Program-made: the position numbers and the translations under genes
IMG/VR virus record: IMGVR_UViG_3300033402_000608
Span: 1 to 30,715 of that record
DNA from: a virus
Taxonomy: Duplodnaviria; Caudoviricetes
Length of the DNA: 30,715 nucleotides
Strand: one strand, 5' to 3'
Shown: positions 1 through 8,898 of the stretch, piece by piece
Numbering within the stretch: the first letter of the stretch is position 1
How the letters are laid out: each line of letters begins with the position of its first letter
The notes under the pieces: generated by a model
Told to the model about the DNA's origin: nothing
The model's database searches: none
Seen by the model: the letters and a program-made list of their open reading frames with translations, nothing else

Positions 1-127
1 GATACTGCGTGCCCACCTGGTTCCCCAACGACTGCTGCTGTCCCAGCAATTGCTGGTTCAGCGCGTTGGTCTGCGCCAGTTGCTGGTCCGTCATCTGCCG
101 TGTTTGTGCCTGTGCCCCGCGTCCCAT
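1..127 (-). CDS. Partial (runs off left edge) Gln-rich protein, putative ejection/DNA pilot protein
   Basis: Not in ORF track. GGAGG RBS 7 nt before ATG at 127; reads MGRGAQAQTRQMTDQQLAQTNALNQQLLGQQQSLGNQVGTQY..; position downstream of the GNAT gene matches podovirus internal virion genes. Confidence 0.6.
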   Translation of the reverse strand, partial: MGRGAQAQTRQMTDQQLAQTNALNQQLLGQQQSLGNQVGTQY

Positions 128-182
128 GGCATTACCTCCAAGAGATCCAACTCTTTCCAATTTCGCCGAAGTTTTAGGATTG

Positions 183-1115
183 CTATTGCTGGAGCGGCGC
201 AGACGGCATGTCTGGCGCGCGTTGAACGTAGCGCAAGATTCCCTCGCGCCTGTGTTCCAGTATCAAGTTCCACATTCTGTCCCGATCGAATAGCGGCCAC
301 ATGGCCTGAAGTTCGCGCCGCGCCTGATCCTCACGGCCGCTGTAGAGGTACGCGAAGACGATTAGTAATATCTTTCTGACTGACTCCCGCACGACTGGTG
401 ATTCTGTTTCGCTCGGGTTAGTTTTCATCGAAACGACCTGCTTTATGTTCTCAGTAGTCAAGGCTTTCCGATTGTCCTGAACGATTCCATCGTATTCCTC
501 CATGTGCTCCGAATGGACGTCCACGAACCTATTGCCTTCGATTCTTAGAAAGACCTCCGGGAATGGGGTGCATGCATGACAAAGTCCGTCAAAGTAATCG
601 AATGCGCCGTCCTCAATGGCTAGATAGGGCTTCCCGGTTTTCTCGTCTTGCAGGAAATCGGCGTCGCGCTGATTCTCGAGTTTCACCATTAGGCGGGCAT
701 TTGGACCTGGCGAAATGAAGTAGAAGGTCCAGCAGCAATGAGCGCCCCCCGAATAGGCCTTAAGAATAAGATCAGGTTTGCCGTCCCCGTTCCAATCCAG
801 TCTTGTGTCGAGGATAGTAAAGGCTGCGTCGTCCTCCGCGAGGATCACCTTTTTTGCCGCGTCCTGCACCATGACGTGGCACCCAGGCCAATCCATCGCA
901 TCCTCGTCCTTTGTGGGCGTAAACGTGAAGTGAATGCCCGACAGATTCCTGATGACCTTGTGACTCCCCTTCCAGCATTCCCATTTTTCGGCAGCAACTA
1001 CCGCGCTGCCGCAGAGGATAAGCGCCATGATCCCAGCCACAGCGGCCAGTCGGAGCAGCAGAAATAACAGTCGAGCCTTAGACCGCTCTCTTACAGGCAA
1101 AGGCATTTCTCGCAC
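183..1115 (-). CDS. Exported protein, candidate immunity/inhibitor of the upstream transglycosylase
   Basis: 310 aa ORF with N-terminal hydrophobic signal-like segment ending VVAA, DWNGDGKPD loop and YSGGAHCC motif; directly downstream of the SLT gene; true start uncertain. Confidence 0.6.
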   Translation of the reverse strand: MREMPLPVRERSKARLLFLLLRLAAVAGIMALILCGSAVVAAEKWECWKGSHKVIRNLSGIHFTFTPTKDEDAMDWPGCHVMVQDAAKKVILAEDDAAFTILDTRLDWNGDGKPDLILKAYSGGAHCCWTFYFISPGPNARLMVKLENQRDADFLQDEKTGKPYLAIEDGAFDYFDGLCHACTPFPEVFLRIEGNRFVDVHSEHMEEYDGIVQDNRKALTTENIKQVVSMKTNPSETESPVVRESVRKILLIVFAYLYSGREDQARRELQAMWPLFDRDRMWNLILEHRREGILRYVQRAPDMPSAPLQQ

Positions 1116-1139
1116 CCCATGGGGTGAACAACCTCTCTA

Positions 1140-1808
1140 TCACCACTGTCTGTACTTTTCCAGAAAGTTCCGGTCCGCGCCATCTTGTGGCATTCCATCT
1201 CGTCTTTCCCTCAAGTAACGGTCGCGCATTCGTGGCTGACCGCCGTTGTACTGGGAATAAGCCTGTTGAGCATGGTCCTCTGCCGTAGCGCCTGGACCCT
1301 GTTCCAATTCTGCCAGCCTGTAGGCTGGAGCCAGGAGAGCGACGCCGGCACGCGCGTTAGCCTTCCAATCCGTCTTGACGTCATCGCCAATTTTGAATGG
1401 ATGTCCATGGGCGTCCTTCACGGGACCGTGGTCGATGTTGGAACTGTTGATCTGCATCACTCCGTAGTCGGTGCTCTTGATGATCGGGTTTCCGCGCTTG
1501 TCATGAGGGGGATGGCCGTGTTTGTCGTGCGCGTAATTGGGGCTCACGCGGTCCGCCTGAAAAGTGCTCTCCGCATCGGCTAAAGCATACACCAGTTTGC
1601 GCGGCAGACGATATTCATCTGCTAACTCGCCTAGATAGTTAAGAATCTCCTGGCGGCTCGGCGCAGCAGGGCGTGCCTGGGGCGCGGATGATTTCTGCCC
1701 AAGCAGCAGATACGGAGATTCCGCTCCAGTGTCGCGAGCGGCGCCCGACGACCCGCGGTCTATGTGATGATGAAGACCGGCCCGGAAGATATCGCCCAGT
1801 GATTTCAT
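1140..1808 (-). CDS. Lytic transglycosylase (SLT/lysozyme-like fold)
   Basis: Motifs ADAESTF (catalytic Glu), DYGVMQIN and YSQYNGG; start overlaps stop of the GNAT-like gene. Confidence 0.8.
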   Translation of the reverse strand: MKSLGDIFRAGLHHHIDRGSSGAARDTGAESPYLLLGQKSSAPQARPAAPSRQEILNYLGELADEYRLPRKLVYALADAESTFQADRVSPNYAHDKHGHPPHDKRGNPIIKSTDYGVMQINSSNIDHGPVKDAHGHPFKIGDDVKTDWKANARAGVALLAPAYRLAELEQGPGATAEDHAQQAYSQYNGGQPRMRDRYLRERRDGMPQDGADRNFLEKYRQW

Positions 1809-2260
1809 GTTTCGCGTCCCTTGATCAATTCAAATGTTGTGCCCAGACGCTTGCAGTACGGCGTCCACTCATCGTCGCGTACCCAGCCGAGCCGCGCGAG
1901 CCGTCTGCCAAACTTCGTGGCAATTTCCGGCGGCAGCCACGCGTGTACGTCTTCCAGCCCGCGCTGCCAGGCCTGGCGCCGCGCCGCTTCGTGCAACTCC
2001 AGCAACCATTGCCAGCGTTCTTTCGGCGTGCCGCGTTTCGGATCGAGCAGGAGATAGGCCTCCGCCGTCAGCCGCAGCAGGGCAGCGCCGGCAATTCCCT
2101 TCCCTTCGGCGGGATCCGATTCGTCGCCGGCCAGCACCAGCTTGGTCAGGAACAGCGGATTGCGCAGGTCGGGAAACTCGTACGGGAAGCCCTGCGCGGC
2201 ATGAATCGCCCGCAGCGCTTCCAGGTCTCCCTCGTCATACTCCCGTATCCGCAAGGTCAT
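1805..2260 (-). CDS. GNAT-fold (acetyltransferase-like) virion-associated protein
   Basis: 151 aa, starts LRIREYDEGDLEALRAIH, ends RLARLGW; sits between nozzle and ejection genes as in many podoviruses. Confidence 0.6.
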   Translation of the reverse strand: MTLRIREYDEGDLEALRAIHAAQGFPYEFPDLRNPLFLTKLVLAGDESDPAEGKGIAGAALLRLTAEAYLLLDPKRGTPKERWQWLLELHEAARRQAWQRGLEDVHAWLPPEIATKFGRRLARLGWVRDDEWTPYCKRLGTTFELIKGRET

Positions 2261-2273
2261 CCCGCGCGTTACT

Positions 2274-2477
2274 TTAGATCGTGACCGTCACCGTAATGGT
2301 GGCGGGATCCGACTGCGTCAGGGTCACGCGCGGCGTTCTTCCCTGCAGCGTGGTCAACACGCTCGCGACATTTTGCGTGTCGCTCGGATCGTTCAGATCA
2401 AATGTAAAACTTGCGGACAGCGTCACCGTATCCCCCGGGCTAAAATCCCAAGTGGCGTTGTATATGGTATTTGGCAT
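2274..2477 (-). CDS. Small beta-rich hypothetical protein
   Basis: 67 aa, AAGGAG RBS, co-oriented in the operon. Confidence 0.6.
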   Translation of the reverse strand: MPNTIYNATWDFSPGDTVTLSASFTFDLNDPSDTQNVASVLTTLQGRTPRVTLTQSDPATITVTVTI

Positions 2478-2507
2478 GGCAGCTCCTTCGTCCTTAGCAA
2501 TAGAAAT

Positions 2508-3050
2508 TTACAGAATCGTTTGCTTTACAATGCGCGCGCCCGTGGGCGTCCCGAATCCATTTCCGCCGCGCAGCAGCCCGTTCGGCAGGGTGCCGCTGCC
2601 GCTCGAGGGCAGCGGAGCAGGCCCGCTGGCACCTCCGCCCACCACGGCGATGGGGGGCGATCCAAAGCTAACCGGCGCTGAGGGCTGCGAGCCGATGTAC
2701 TGCGAGTAGGCGCGCCAATACAGCGTCTGATTCCCCAATTGCAGATACAGGTTTCGCGCCGCTCCGAGGAAGTGCACGCGTGGCGCGGAAAACGCCGGCG
2801 TCACATCCGACTCCGCGAAATAAAACAGCCCCGGCCGCGATGCCGCCGGATCTGCAATGGACAGGTCAAACCATCCGTTTGCTGCCTGCACCTGCAGCGA
2901 AGCAATGGGCGCGGGCGCGGGCGAAGGCGTCGCTGGGTCCACGCCCGCGTTCTGGCTCGTAGCGTTCACCGCGGACACTATCTTCGTCAGCGTCTCGTAC
3001 AAATACGGGTCCCTGTCCTTTAGGGGTGCTAGTTGCGCAACCGTCAGCAT
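2508..3050 (-). CDS. Putative tail-associated protein (Fn3-like beta domain)
   Basis: 180 aa, GGGAG RBS, immediately downstream of the nozzle; LYWRAYSQY strand pattern. Confidence 0.6.
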   Translation of the reverse strand: MLTVAQLAPLKDRDPYLYETLTKIVSAVNATSQNAGVDPATPSPAPAPIASLQVQAANGWFDLSIADPAASRPGLFYFAESDVTPAFSAPRVHFLGAARNLYLQLGNQTLYWRAYSQYIGSQPSAPVSFGSPPIAVVGGGASGPAPLPSSGSGTLPNGLLRGGNGFGTPTGARIVKQTIL

Positions 3051-3090
3051 GTATCTTCAGCTCCCAATTTCCGCCATCCGGGGCGATGGC

Positions 3091-6039
3091 CTAATTCACA
3101 CCGCGCACCGGGGCCCAGGGATCCGGCCGCACACTGGGCGTAAAGCGCTGCAGCTTGAACCACGCGCCCACCTGGTTCGTGCTCACCTGAAACGCCACCC
3201 GTTCCCCCAGCACATTGATCGGCAGTTCCAAATCTTCCAGACCGGGTGAGCTGAGGGGCAAGGGCTGCTGCGCCTGCGCCGCGCTCGAGGAATCCACATA
3301 GCTGGTCAGCCCCAAATTTCCCGCGCCCTCCACGTACATCGTCAAATAACTGAACAGCTTCCTATGCGCGCCCAATCCCAGCGAGCTTTCCACCGTGCGC
3401 TCCGGAAAATAGTGCGTGGTGTAGTAGCTCGCGATCGCCGTACCATCATCCGAATACTGCGTGTCGCTTAGCTGGTAGATCTTCCCCGTGGGTCCGCCGC
3501 CGCCCACGCCGGGATTCCCGCTGCCGAACGCGGCCGCCGCCGTCCCGTTGGCGCGCTCAAGCAAGGCGCAGCAATTCGCCGCAATCAACCACGGCGACCA
3601 TTTGCGCGCGTTATCCGTCGCCGCTTTTCTCCCCGTATAGGTGATGTTGACCGGTGGACTCGATGACAAGGCGCTGGCCGTATCAAGGTCGTGATAGTCC
3701 AGCATCAGCACCTGATTCGGTGTAGTCGCGCTTCCGAATGGCGCGCCCACGTAAATGCGGCGCTCTTTGGTATCCACCGTCACCCACAGCGTTTGCGCGT
3801 ACTGCCAATTGATCTGGTTCCACGTGGGCTGAATTTCCTGCGAAATCTTCACGGGCTCGCCGCCGGAAAACAGGTACAACCCGGTGCGGTGCGCGATTAC
3901 CGCCCAATCCTCGCCGAAGCCAACGCCCCGCACGGAGGGCGTGCCCACGCGCTGCGAAACTTCCGATATTGTCCATAGCGCCGGCTCGTTCGTTCCGTCG
4001 TCCTGCGTCACGTACATCGAATGTTCCTTCACGAAATACAGCCGCTCTCGCAGCTCAAACGCCGCCCGAATGGCTTGCCCGTTGTTCTCCGCCACGCTCA
4101 GCATCCCATCGAGCGCATCGTAGCTCTCCGGATCCTCCACGCGGCTCGCCCGCACCAGTGATGCATTTACGGGCTGGGTCGTCGGAAAAATCTCGATGCA
4201 ATCGATGTAGAACTGGCCGTTCTGGTTCGGCGTGCCATCGGCATACACGCGCAGCACCAGATCCCCTGGAATGACGGTCAGCGGTGCCGTCAGTTGCGCG
4301 CTGTATTCCACGTAGCTCGTTGTCAGTTGCGCCGCGGTCAGTTGCAGTCCCGTGGTATTGATTCCCCCGCTCGCGCTGTAGAGATGCACGTGCAGCGTTC
4401 CCTGGGTCAGCGAAGCATTCGACGCACACCGCGCCCGCACCGTGTAACTCGCATTCGCCTGAATCAGCGGCGCTCCCAGAGCATCCTGCACCGCGCCCTG
4501 GGTCACCAATCCGCGCGTGGCGGTCGATCCGTTCCCCACGATCGAATACGCCGCGCCCCATACCACAAAATTCTCTTCGTCCGTCCCGCCCGGCGCAAAC
4601 GTGGCATCCGGTGTCCAGCCCAACGGGTAGTGTGGCAGGGACGGCCCGGTGAACCCGCCGTCGAATCCCAGGTTCACCCAGTTGTCCATCTTGTTGCGTT
4701 CGCCCCACCAGAACAGCCGTTCCGAATAGCCGATCACCCCGGCGCAGTCGCCAAGTTCTATCAGCCGGAACATGTCATCCACGTTCGTCCCTGCCAGGAG
4801 AATCGGGTCGGAAAAATCCACCACCAGCGAGGTCGTCGTGTTGTCGCTGATGATCATGTTTCCACTGAACAGAGTTCCGCCTCCGCCCACATAGAAAAAG
4901 CTGGCGCCACCCGCCCCCGTGAAGCACAAGATGCGCGCCACCACATTGCTTGGCCCGGTCGGGATATTCGTTACCACGGCACGCTTCCCGCCGCTGGCCG
5001 TCCAGTTCGTCGCCGGCCCGGGTTTCGTTAAATAGCCCTGTCGCGTTTGGAACATCACGCACACCTGGTGCACGCCCGTGACGACATTCCCAGCCGCGGC
5101 CGCCGTGCCCCCGCCGGAAGCCGCAAGGCCGCCGGTTGTTGCGCTATAGGTGAAGTGCATCGAATCCGGCACACTGGCGATCGCAAACGTGCCGTTGTAC
5201 CCGCTCACACCCACGCCGGCAATCGTCACAAGCTGTCCCACGGACAAGCCATGCGCGGCGCTCGTTTGAATCGTGACCGTCGCGGAAGCCGCCGTGCCCC
5301 CGCCGGAGCTCGCCAGCCCCGCGGCGCCCGCAATGTACGTAAATTGCGTCGAACTCGGCACAGACACCACCGCAAACGTGCCGTTGTATCCTGCTACGCC
5401 GACGCCCGCCACCGTGACGCTTTGGCCCGTGGACAATCCGTGCGCGGCGCTCGTCGCAATGGTTACCAGGTAGCCGTTTTGCGTCGACCCGTTTGGGCTC
5501 GCCACGATCGTCACCGCAGCGGGCTGCGTCGCGCCATTGGGGCTGGCCACGATGCTCACAATCACATTTTCATCGACCACCGTTGGCCCGGCGCCTGGTC
5601 CGCACTGGCTCACGCGGTCGAAACTCGTGTCGTCGTACTGTCGCGGCAGATCGTTGCCCGTCATGCCATCGCTAATTGCCAGATATTCCCTGCCGAACAA
5701 GGTCGTGGAATTGGCATACGCGTTCGCGGCCAGGCCGCTGGCAAACTGTGTCAGCGTCCCCTCCGTGATCTCCTTATACAAATTCCCAGCGCCATCGAGT
5801 GCCAGCGTTCGCAGCGTCTCGTTCAGCGTCGTGTACGTTTTCACGTAATTCACCGTCGGGTTTCCCGCCAGCGGCCCAAACAGCGCCTGTAGCCCGGGCC
5901 GCGTCATCACGCCGCCGTAGCTGAAAACGACGTCCTGGCAAGCGGGCGACACCCCATGCGGCAGATCCGCGGGCGACATGTCGCTGACCAGCCCGCCGAA
6001 AATCTCAATCGGTGCATCCAATGATCCAATCGTCGACAT
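3091..6039 (-). CDS. Tail nozzle / packaged-DNA stabilisation protein (P22 gp10 / T7 gp12-like) with inserted domains
   Basis: 982 aa; N-term FGGLVSDMSP..ACQDVVF..VMTRPG; beta-propeller-like C-term (RLYFVKE, GLYLFSGGEPVKIS..IQP.W); two tandem AHGL..GQ.VT.AGV..GYNGTF repeats. Confidence 0.7.
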   Translation of the reverse strand: MSTIGSLDAPIEIFGGLVSDMSPADLPHGVSPACQDVVFSYGGVMTRPGLQALFGPLAGNPTVNYVKTYTTLNETLRTLALDGAGNLYKEITEGTLTQFASGLAANAYANSTTLFGREYLAISDGMTGNDLPRQYDDTSFDRVSQCGPGAGPTVVDENVIVSIVASPNGATQPAAVTIVASPNGSTQNGYLVTIATSAAHGLSTGQSVTVAGVGVAGYNGTFAVVSVPSSTQFTYIAGAAGLASSGGGTAASATVTIQTSAAHGLSVGQLVTIAGVGVSGYNGTFAIASVPDSMHFTYSATTGGLAASGGGTAAAAGNVVTGVHQVCVMFQTRQGYLTKPGPATNWTASGGKRAVVTNIPTGPSNVVARILCFTGAGGASFFYVGGGGTLFSGNMIISDNTTTSLVVDFSDPILLAGTNVDDMFRLIELGDCAGVIGYSERLFWWGERNKMDNWVNLGFDGGFTGPSLPHYPLGWTPDATFAPGGTDEENFVVWGAAYSIVGNGSTATRGLVTQGAVQDALGAPLIQANASYTVRARCASNASLTQGTLHVHLYSASGGINTTGLQLTAAQLTTSYVEYSAQLTAPLTVIPGDLVLRVYADGTPNQNGQFYIDCIEIFPTTQPVNASLVRASRVEDPESYDALDGMLSVAENNGQAIRAAFELRERLYFVKEHSMYVTQDDGTNEPALWTISEVSQRVGTPSVRGVGFGEDWAVIAHRTGLYLFSGGEPVKISQEIQPTWNQINWQYAQTLWVTVDTKERRIYVGAPFGSATTPNQVLMLDYHDLDTASALSSSPPVNITYTGRKAATDNARKWSPWLIAANCCALLERANGTAAAAFGSGNPGVGGGGPTGKIYQLSDTQYSDDGTAIASYYTTHYFPERTVESSLGLGAHRKLFSYLTMYVEGAGNLGLTSYVDSSSAAQAQQPLPLSSPGLEDLELPINVLGERVAFQVSTNQVGAWFKLQRFTPSVRPDPWAPVRGVN

Positions 6040-6048
6040 ATGTTCTTC

Positions 6049-6083
6049 TTTTGGAGTGCGGCAGTCTTGCTACCGCTTTTACG
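6049..6083. repeat. Intergenic REP-like element family E (TTTGGAGTGCGG...CCGCTTTT); related copies ~29564-29605 and 30200-30275
   Basis: Shared TTTGGAGTGC start and GC hairpin in three copies. Confidence 0.55.
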
Positions 6084-6316
6084 GTCTAACGAGTTGGCAA
6101 AAAGGTTCTTTCTACAAGAAGTTTCGTGTAGCGGCTGCTTTCTGCTTGACGCCGTGGGGGGCAGGAGCCTTTGCCACTTCCGCCCCGCCGCGCCTCGATC
6201 AATTCCCAACCACCATCACCCTAGCGGTCCACCGCTTCTGGTAGTGGGCTACTTTGATTCGGACACCCCAAGAAATTGACTTGCAGCGCGAGCGTTTGGT
6301 ATGGCATCGTACGCAC

Positions 6317-6577
6317 ATGCCAAAGCGGAATAAGCAGAAGCGCCCCGCCGATGTAAACCAATTGGCTCACCTTATAGGGGATATTTCTACCCAAGAGGTG
6401 ACACCAGAAACATTCCCCGTGCTTTCATCCACTCTATCCGCCTATATGTCTGCGATAGGGCGCAAGGGGGGTGAAATTGGTGGGAAGCGCCGCATGAAAA
6501 CTATGACCCCGAAGCAACGCCGTAAAATTGCACAAATAGCCGCTAAGGCCCGCTGGAAGAAATCGAAGAAGTCATAG
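6317..6577 (+). CDS. Small basic protein of the KRPxDxNQLA...GRKGG..GG..R...AAKARW family, commonly found in IS1-like elements
   Basis: 86 aa from ATG 6317, highly basic, characteristic motifs. Confidence 0.75.
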   Translation: MPKRNKQKRPADVNQLAHLIGDISTQEVTPETFPVLSSTLSAYMSAIGRKGGEIGGKRRMKTMTPKQRRKIAQIAAKARWKKSKKS

Positions 6578-6633
6578 ATTATTTCTTTCTAATACAGTAT
6601 CATGTCTTCCCTTCAATTGAGAGGAGTGCAACT

Positions 6634-7656
6634 ATGGCAACACCGCCAATACCTCCAAGTGCTCCACCCCCTGACCCAGAGGCCAAACTCAAGAAGTCAC
6701 CTATTTTTATGAGTGTTCTGAATGAATTGAATGTCAACGTTGATCAATTCCACAAGAGACAAAAACTCATCAACGAAATTGAAGGGGCACTCACGGCGCG
6801 TTACGGCAGCGCAAACCGTCTGATGAGCTATGTTTTGCGGTTTAATCATGCGCGAACAATTATGAATACCGCAGACATTCCGAATCTTGAAGCGGTTCTG
6901 AATTCAATTTCTGGCGCTGACCAGATAAACCTGCTACTTCACAGCCCCGGTGGTGACGGCACCATCATCGAAAAAATGGTAGATATGTGCAGAGCGCATC
7001 TGTCGGGCCAAAACCGAAAATTACGCGTGATTGTCCCGAATATCGCCAAGAGCGCAGCAACGGTACTCACACTTGGCGCTGATCAAATTCTGATGGGTTA
7101 CTGTTCTGAACTCGGCCCAATTGATCCACAGGTGCCGATAGCTGTATCAGGAATCACTCAATGGGTTTCTGCATTTGCCTTTATAGAGGCACGGGACAAA
7201 TTGATGAATCAGATTGCAGAGGCAGTCAAGAAAAAGGAACCAACTATTGGACTGCTCCAACAACTTGGCGGTCTCAATATTCCATTCACGGACGAAATGG
7301 AAAAGCAGATCGGTTTTGCAAAGACGACAGCCGTCACGCTACTCGATAAATTCATGCTCAATCCAACCTTCCCGGATGCGAAAGAGCGTTCCAAGAAAGC
7401 AAATGAAATCGCTGAAAAACTGCTATCCAAGCAGCTTTTCCCGGTTCACGGCCAATACATTGATGGTGCGACAGCCAAGAAACTTGGGTTAGAGATTGAA
7501 GTCCTCGATAAAGATGATAATTTGTGGAAACTGATTTGGGATTATTACGTCAGGTGCGAAATACAGATGAATATCCCGCTTCAAGTTGGGTCTATAAAGA
7601 CAAAACTGTTCGAGTCGGGAAATCAGGTTTCGCTAGTTTTCCAAGATACTCCCTGA
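6634..7656 (+). CDS. SDH-family Clp-fold serine protease
   Basis: LLLHSPGGDG, IVPNIAKSAAT (catalytic Ser), SELGPIDPQ (Asp), FPVHG (His); GAGGAG RBS. Confidence 0.85.
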   Translation: MATPPIPPSAPPPDPEAKLKKSPIFMSVLNELNVNVDQFHKRQKLINEIEGALTARYGSANRLMSYVLRFNHARTIMNTADIPNLEAVLNSISGADQINLLLHSPGGDGTIIEKMVDMCRAHLSGQNRKLRVIVPNIAKSAATVLTLGADQILMGYCSELGPIDPQVPIAVSGITQWVSAFAFIEARDKLMNQIAEAVKKKEPTIGLLQQLGGLNIPFTDEMEKQIGFAKTTAVTLLDKFMLNPTFPDAKERSKKANEIAEKLLSKQLFPVHGQYIDGATAKKLGLEIEVLDKDDNLWKLIWDYYVRCEIQMNIPLQVGSIKTKLFESGNQVSLVFQDTP

Positions 7657-7848
7657 TTACAAGGCACACTGGGAGTTATTCGGTATCGCCACAACATCGG
7701 TAGCCGTACCAAGCTCTCGTGGTAGTTCCCTAGCTTCGATTTCGCGAGCGCGGGCCGCGATTTCGAGAACCACGCGAATATCTGGGTTTTCGTGGAGGGC
7801 TTTCTCGATTGTTTGTTCGACAATCTGCTTCGTGTCCAAATTTTCCAT
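7657..7848 (-). CDS. Small hypothetical protein, convergent with the protease
   Basis: 63 aa, GGAG RBS, stop abuts the protease stop. Confidence 0.5.
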   Translation of the reverse strand: MENLDTKQIVEQTIEKALHENPDIRVVLEIAARAREIEARELPRELGTATDVVAIPNNSQCAL

Positions 7849-7941
7849 AATAATTTACTCCAAGCGGTTTATTTGATGCCTGAACCTATCCCGACGTTGC
7901 AAAGCCTACCACCATCTTGAACTAATTGTAGCATTTTTTAC

Positions 7942-7970
7942 TTGACATGCTAAAGCGGCTTTAGTAGAAT
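7942..7970 (+). promoter_or_regulatory. Sigma70 promoter with palindromic operator in the spacer
   Basis: TTGACA(7942)-N17-TAGAAT(7965); spacer holds the perfect inverted repeat CTAAAGC-G-GCTTTAG (7950-7964); ATG 7977 lies at the expected +1. Confidence 0.75.
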
Positions 7971-7976
7971 GTGCTC

Positions 7977-8080
7977 ATGAACAAACTTACACACGAACAG
8001 CGAGTCCGGGCTGTAAATTGCCTCATCGAAGGTTGCTCAATTCGCGCGACTGTCCGCATGACAGGAATCGCTAAAAAGAC
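7977..8080 (+). pseudogene. IS1-family transposase N-terminal HTH fragment, truncated
   Basis: MNKLTHEQRVRAVNCLIEGCSIRATVRMTGIAKKT then runs into a heptamer-repeat tract; no DDE domain follows. Confidence 0.7.
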
Positions 8081-8185
8081 AGATCGCTGGTCTCTGATCG
8101 CTGATATCTGCTATCCTGAAGTTGCTTCTCAGGCGTGCCCAGTTGCACGTTGCATTTTGTGGGCGGCGAACCTTCGCCGCCCTTT

Positions 8186-8824
8186 TTATTTCGCGCTTCC
8201 CTTTTCTCTCAGCTTCATGAAGTCCACCGGCTGCTCCGCTTCTCTCGGCATCAACCCAAACTCCGCGGCCTTCGCCCGGTTCAGAATCGCCCGGCAGGAG
8301 CGGCACACGGCCACGCCGGCCTTGATCTTTTCGCCGCACGCGGGGCATTCCGCCTGCGGCTTCGGGTCATACAACCAGGGCTTATCCAGCTTCAATTCCC
8401 GGGCCGCACGCCTCTCCAGGTCCGTGATGAACATCGGATTGTGCGAACGCTCCCACTCCAGGTCCGCCGCGTCCACCAATCGCCGGTGAAACGCATCCAG
8501 CTTCCTGTGGGCCTCCGCCAGCTCCGCTTCCGTCGGCAGCGGCCCTGCCGCCACGAACACGCCGTGAAAGCTTCCCTCGCCTGAATCGCCATTGATCTCC
8601 CTGGCCAAATCATCGGCGATCTCCCGCGCGGTGATGGGAAATTCCATGCTGCGCTTGTCCCCCAGGTCCATGATGCCTTTGCAGGCACGAATGGGGGTGA
8701 CCGCGAAGGCCTCGCCGGGTTGCGGCGTGCGGATCTCCAGCGAGCCAAAATAGGTGCGCTGGCGCGGCGGCCACTTTTGCGTGGAGATATTCACCAACGC
8801 AACGACATCGTTCTGCGTGTTCAT
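8186..8824 (-). CDS. Phage-associated protein with C-terminal double zinc ribbon
   Basis: 212 aa, CPACGE...CRSC, GAGG RBS. Confidence 0.7.
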   Translation of the reverse strand: MNTQNDVVALVNISTQKWPPRQRTYFGSLEIRTPQPGEAFAVTPIRACKGIMDLGDKRSMEFPITAREIADDLAREINGDSGEGSFHGVFVAAGPLPTEAELAEAHRKLDAFHRRLVDAADLEWERSHNPMFITDLERRAARELKLDKPWLYDPKPQAECPACGEKIKAGVAVCRSCRAILNRAKAAEFGLMPREAEQPVDFMKLREKGSAK

Positions 8825-8898
8825 ATTTTCCTCGAATTGTTTTCGTGAATTCTGAAGCCTAGGGTAATGCGGTGTTTCGCGTTTTCTGAGTTCTGCCT

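Larger units (their letters stand above)
6240..8080 (+). mobile_element. Truncated IS1-family-like cargo-carrying element
   Basis: GGTAGTGGGCTACTTTGA at 6240 resembles IS1-family terminal repeats; lower GC than flanks; ends in a transposase N-terminal fragment; no second IR found. Confidence 0.6.

Noticed and set aside
5090-5470. Diversity-generating retroelement TR/VR pair (also considered for 26985-27182)
   Set aside because: Both copies are in-frame tandem domains, differences are not adenine-specific, and no reverse transcriptase is present
7971-8489. 172-aa ORF as an intact transposase
   Set aside because: Only ~35 aa are transposase-like; the rest is a repeat tract and the antisense of the 8186-8824 gene
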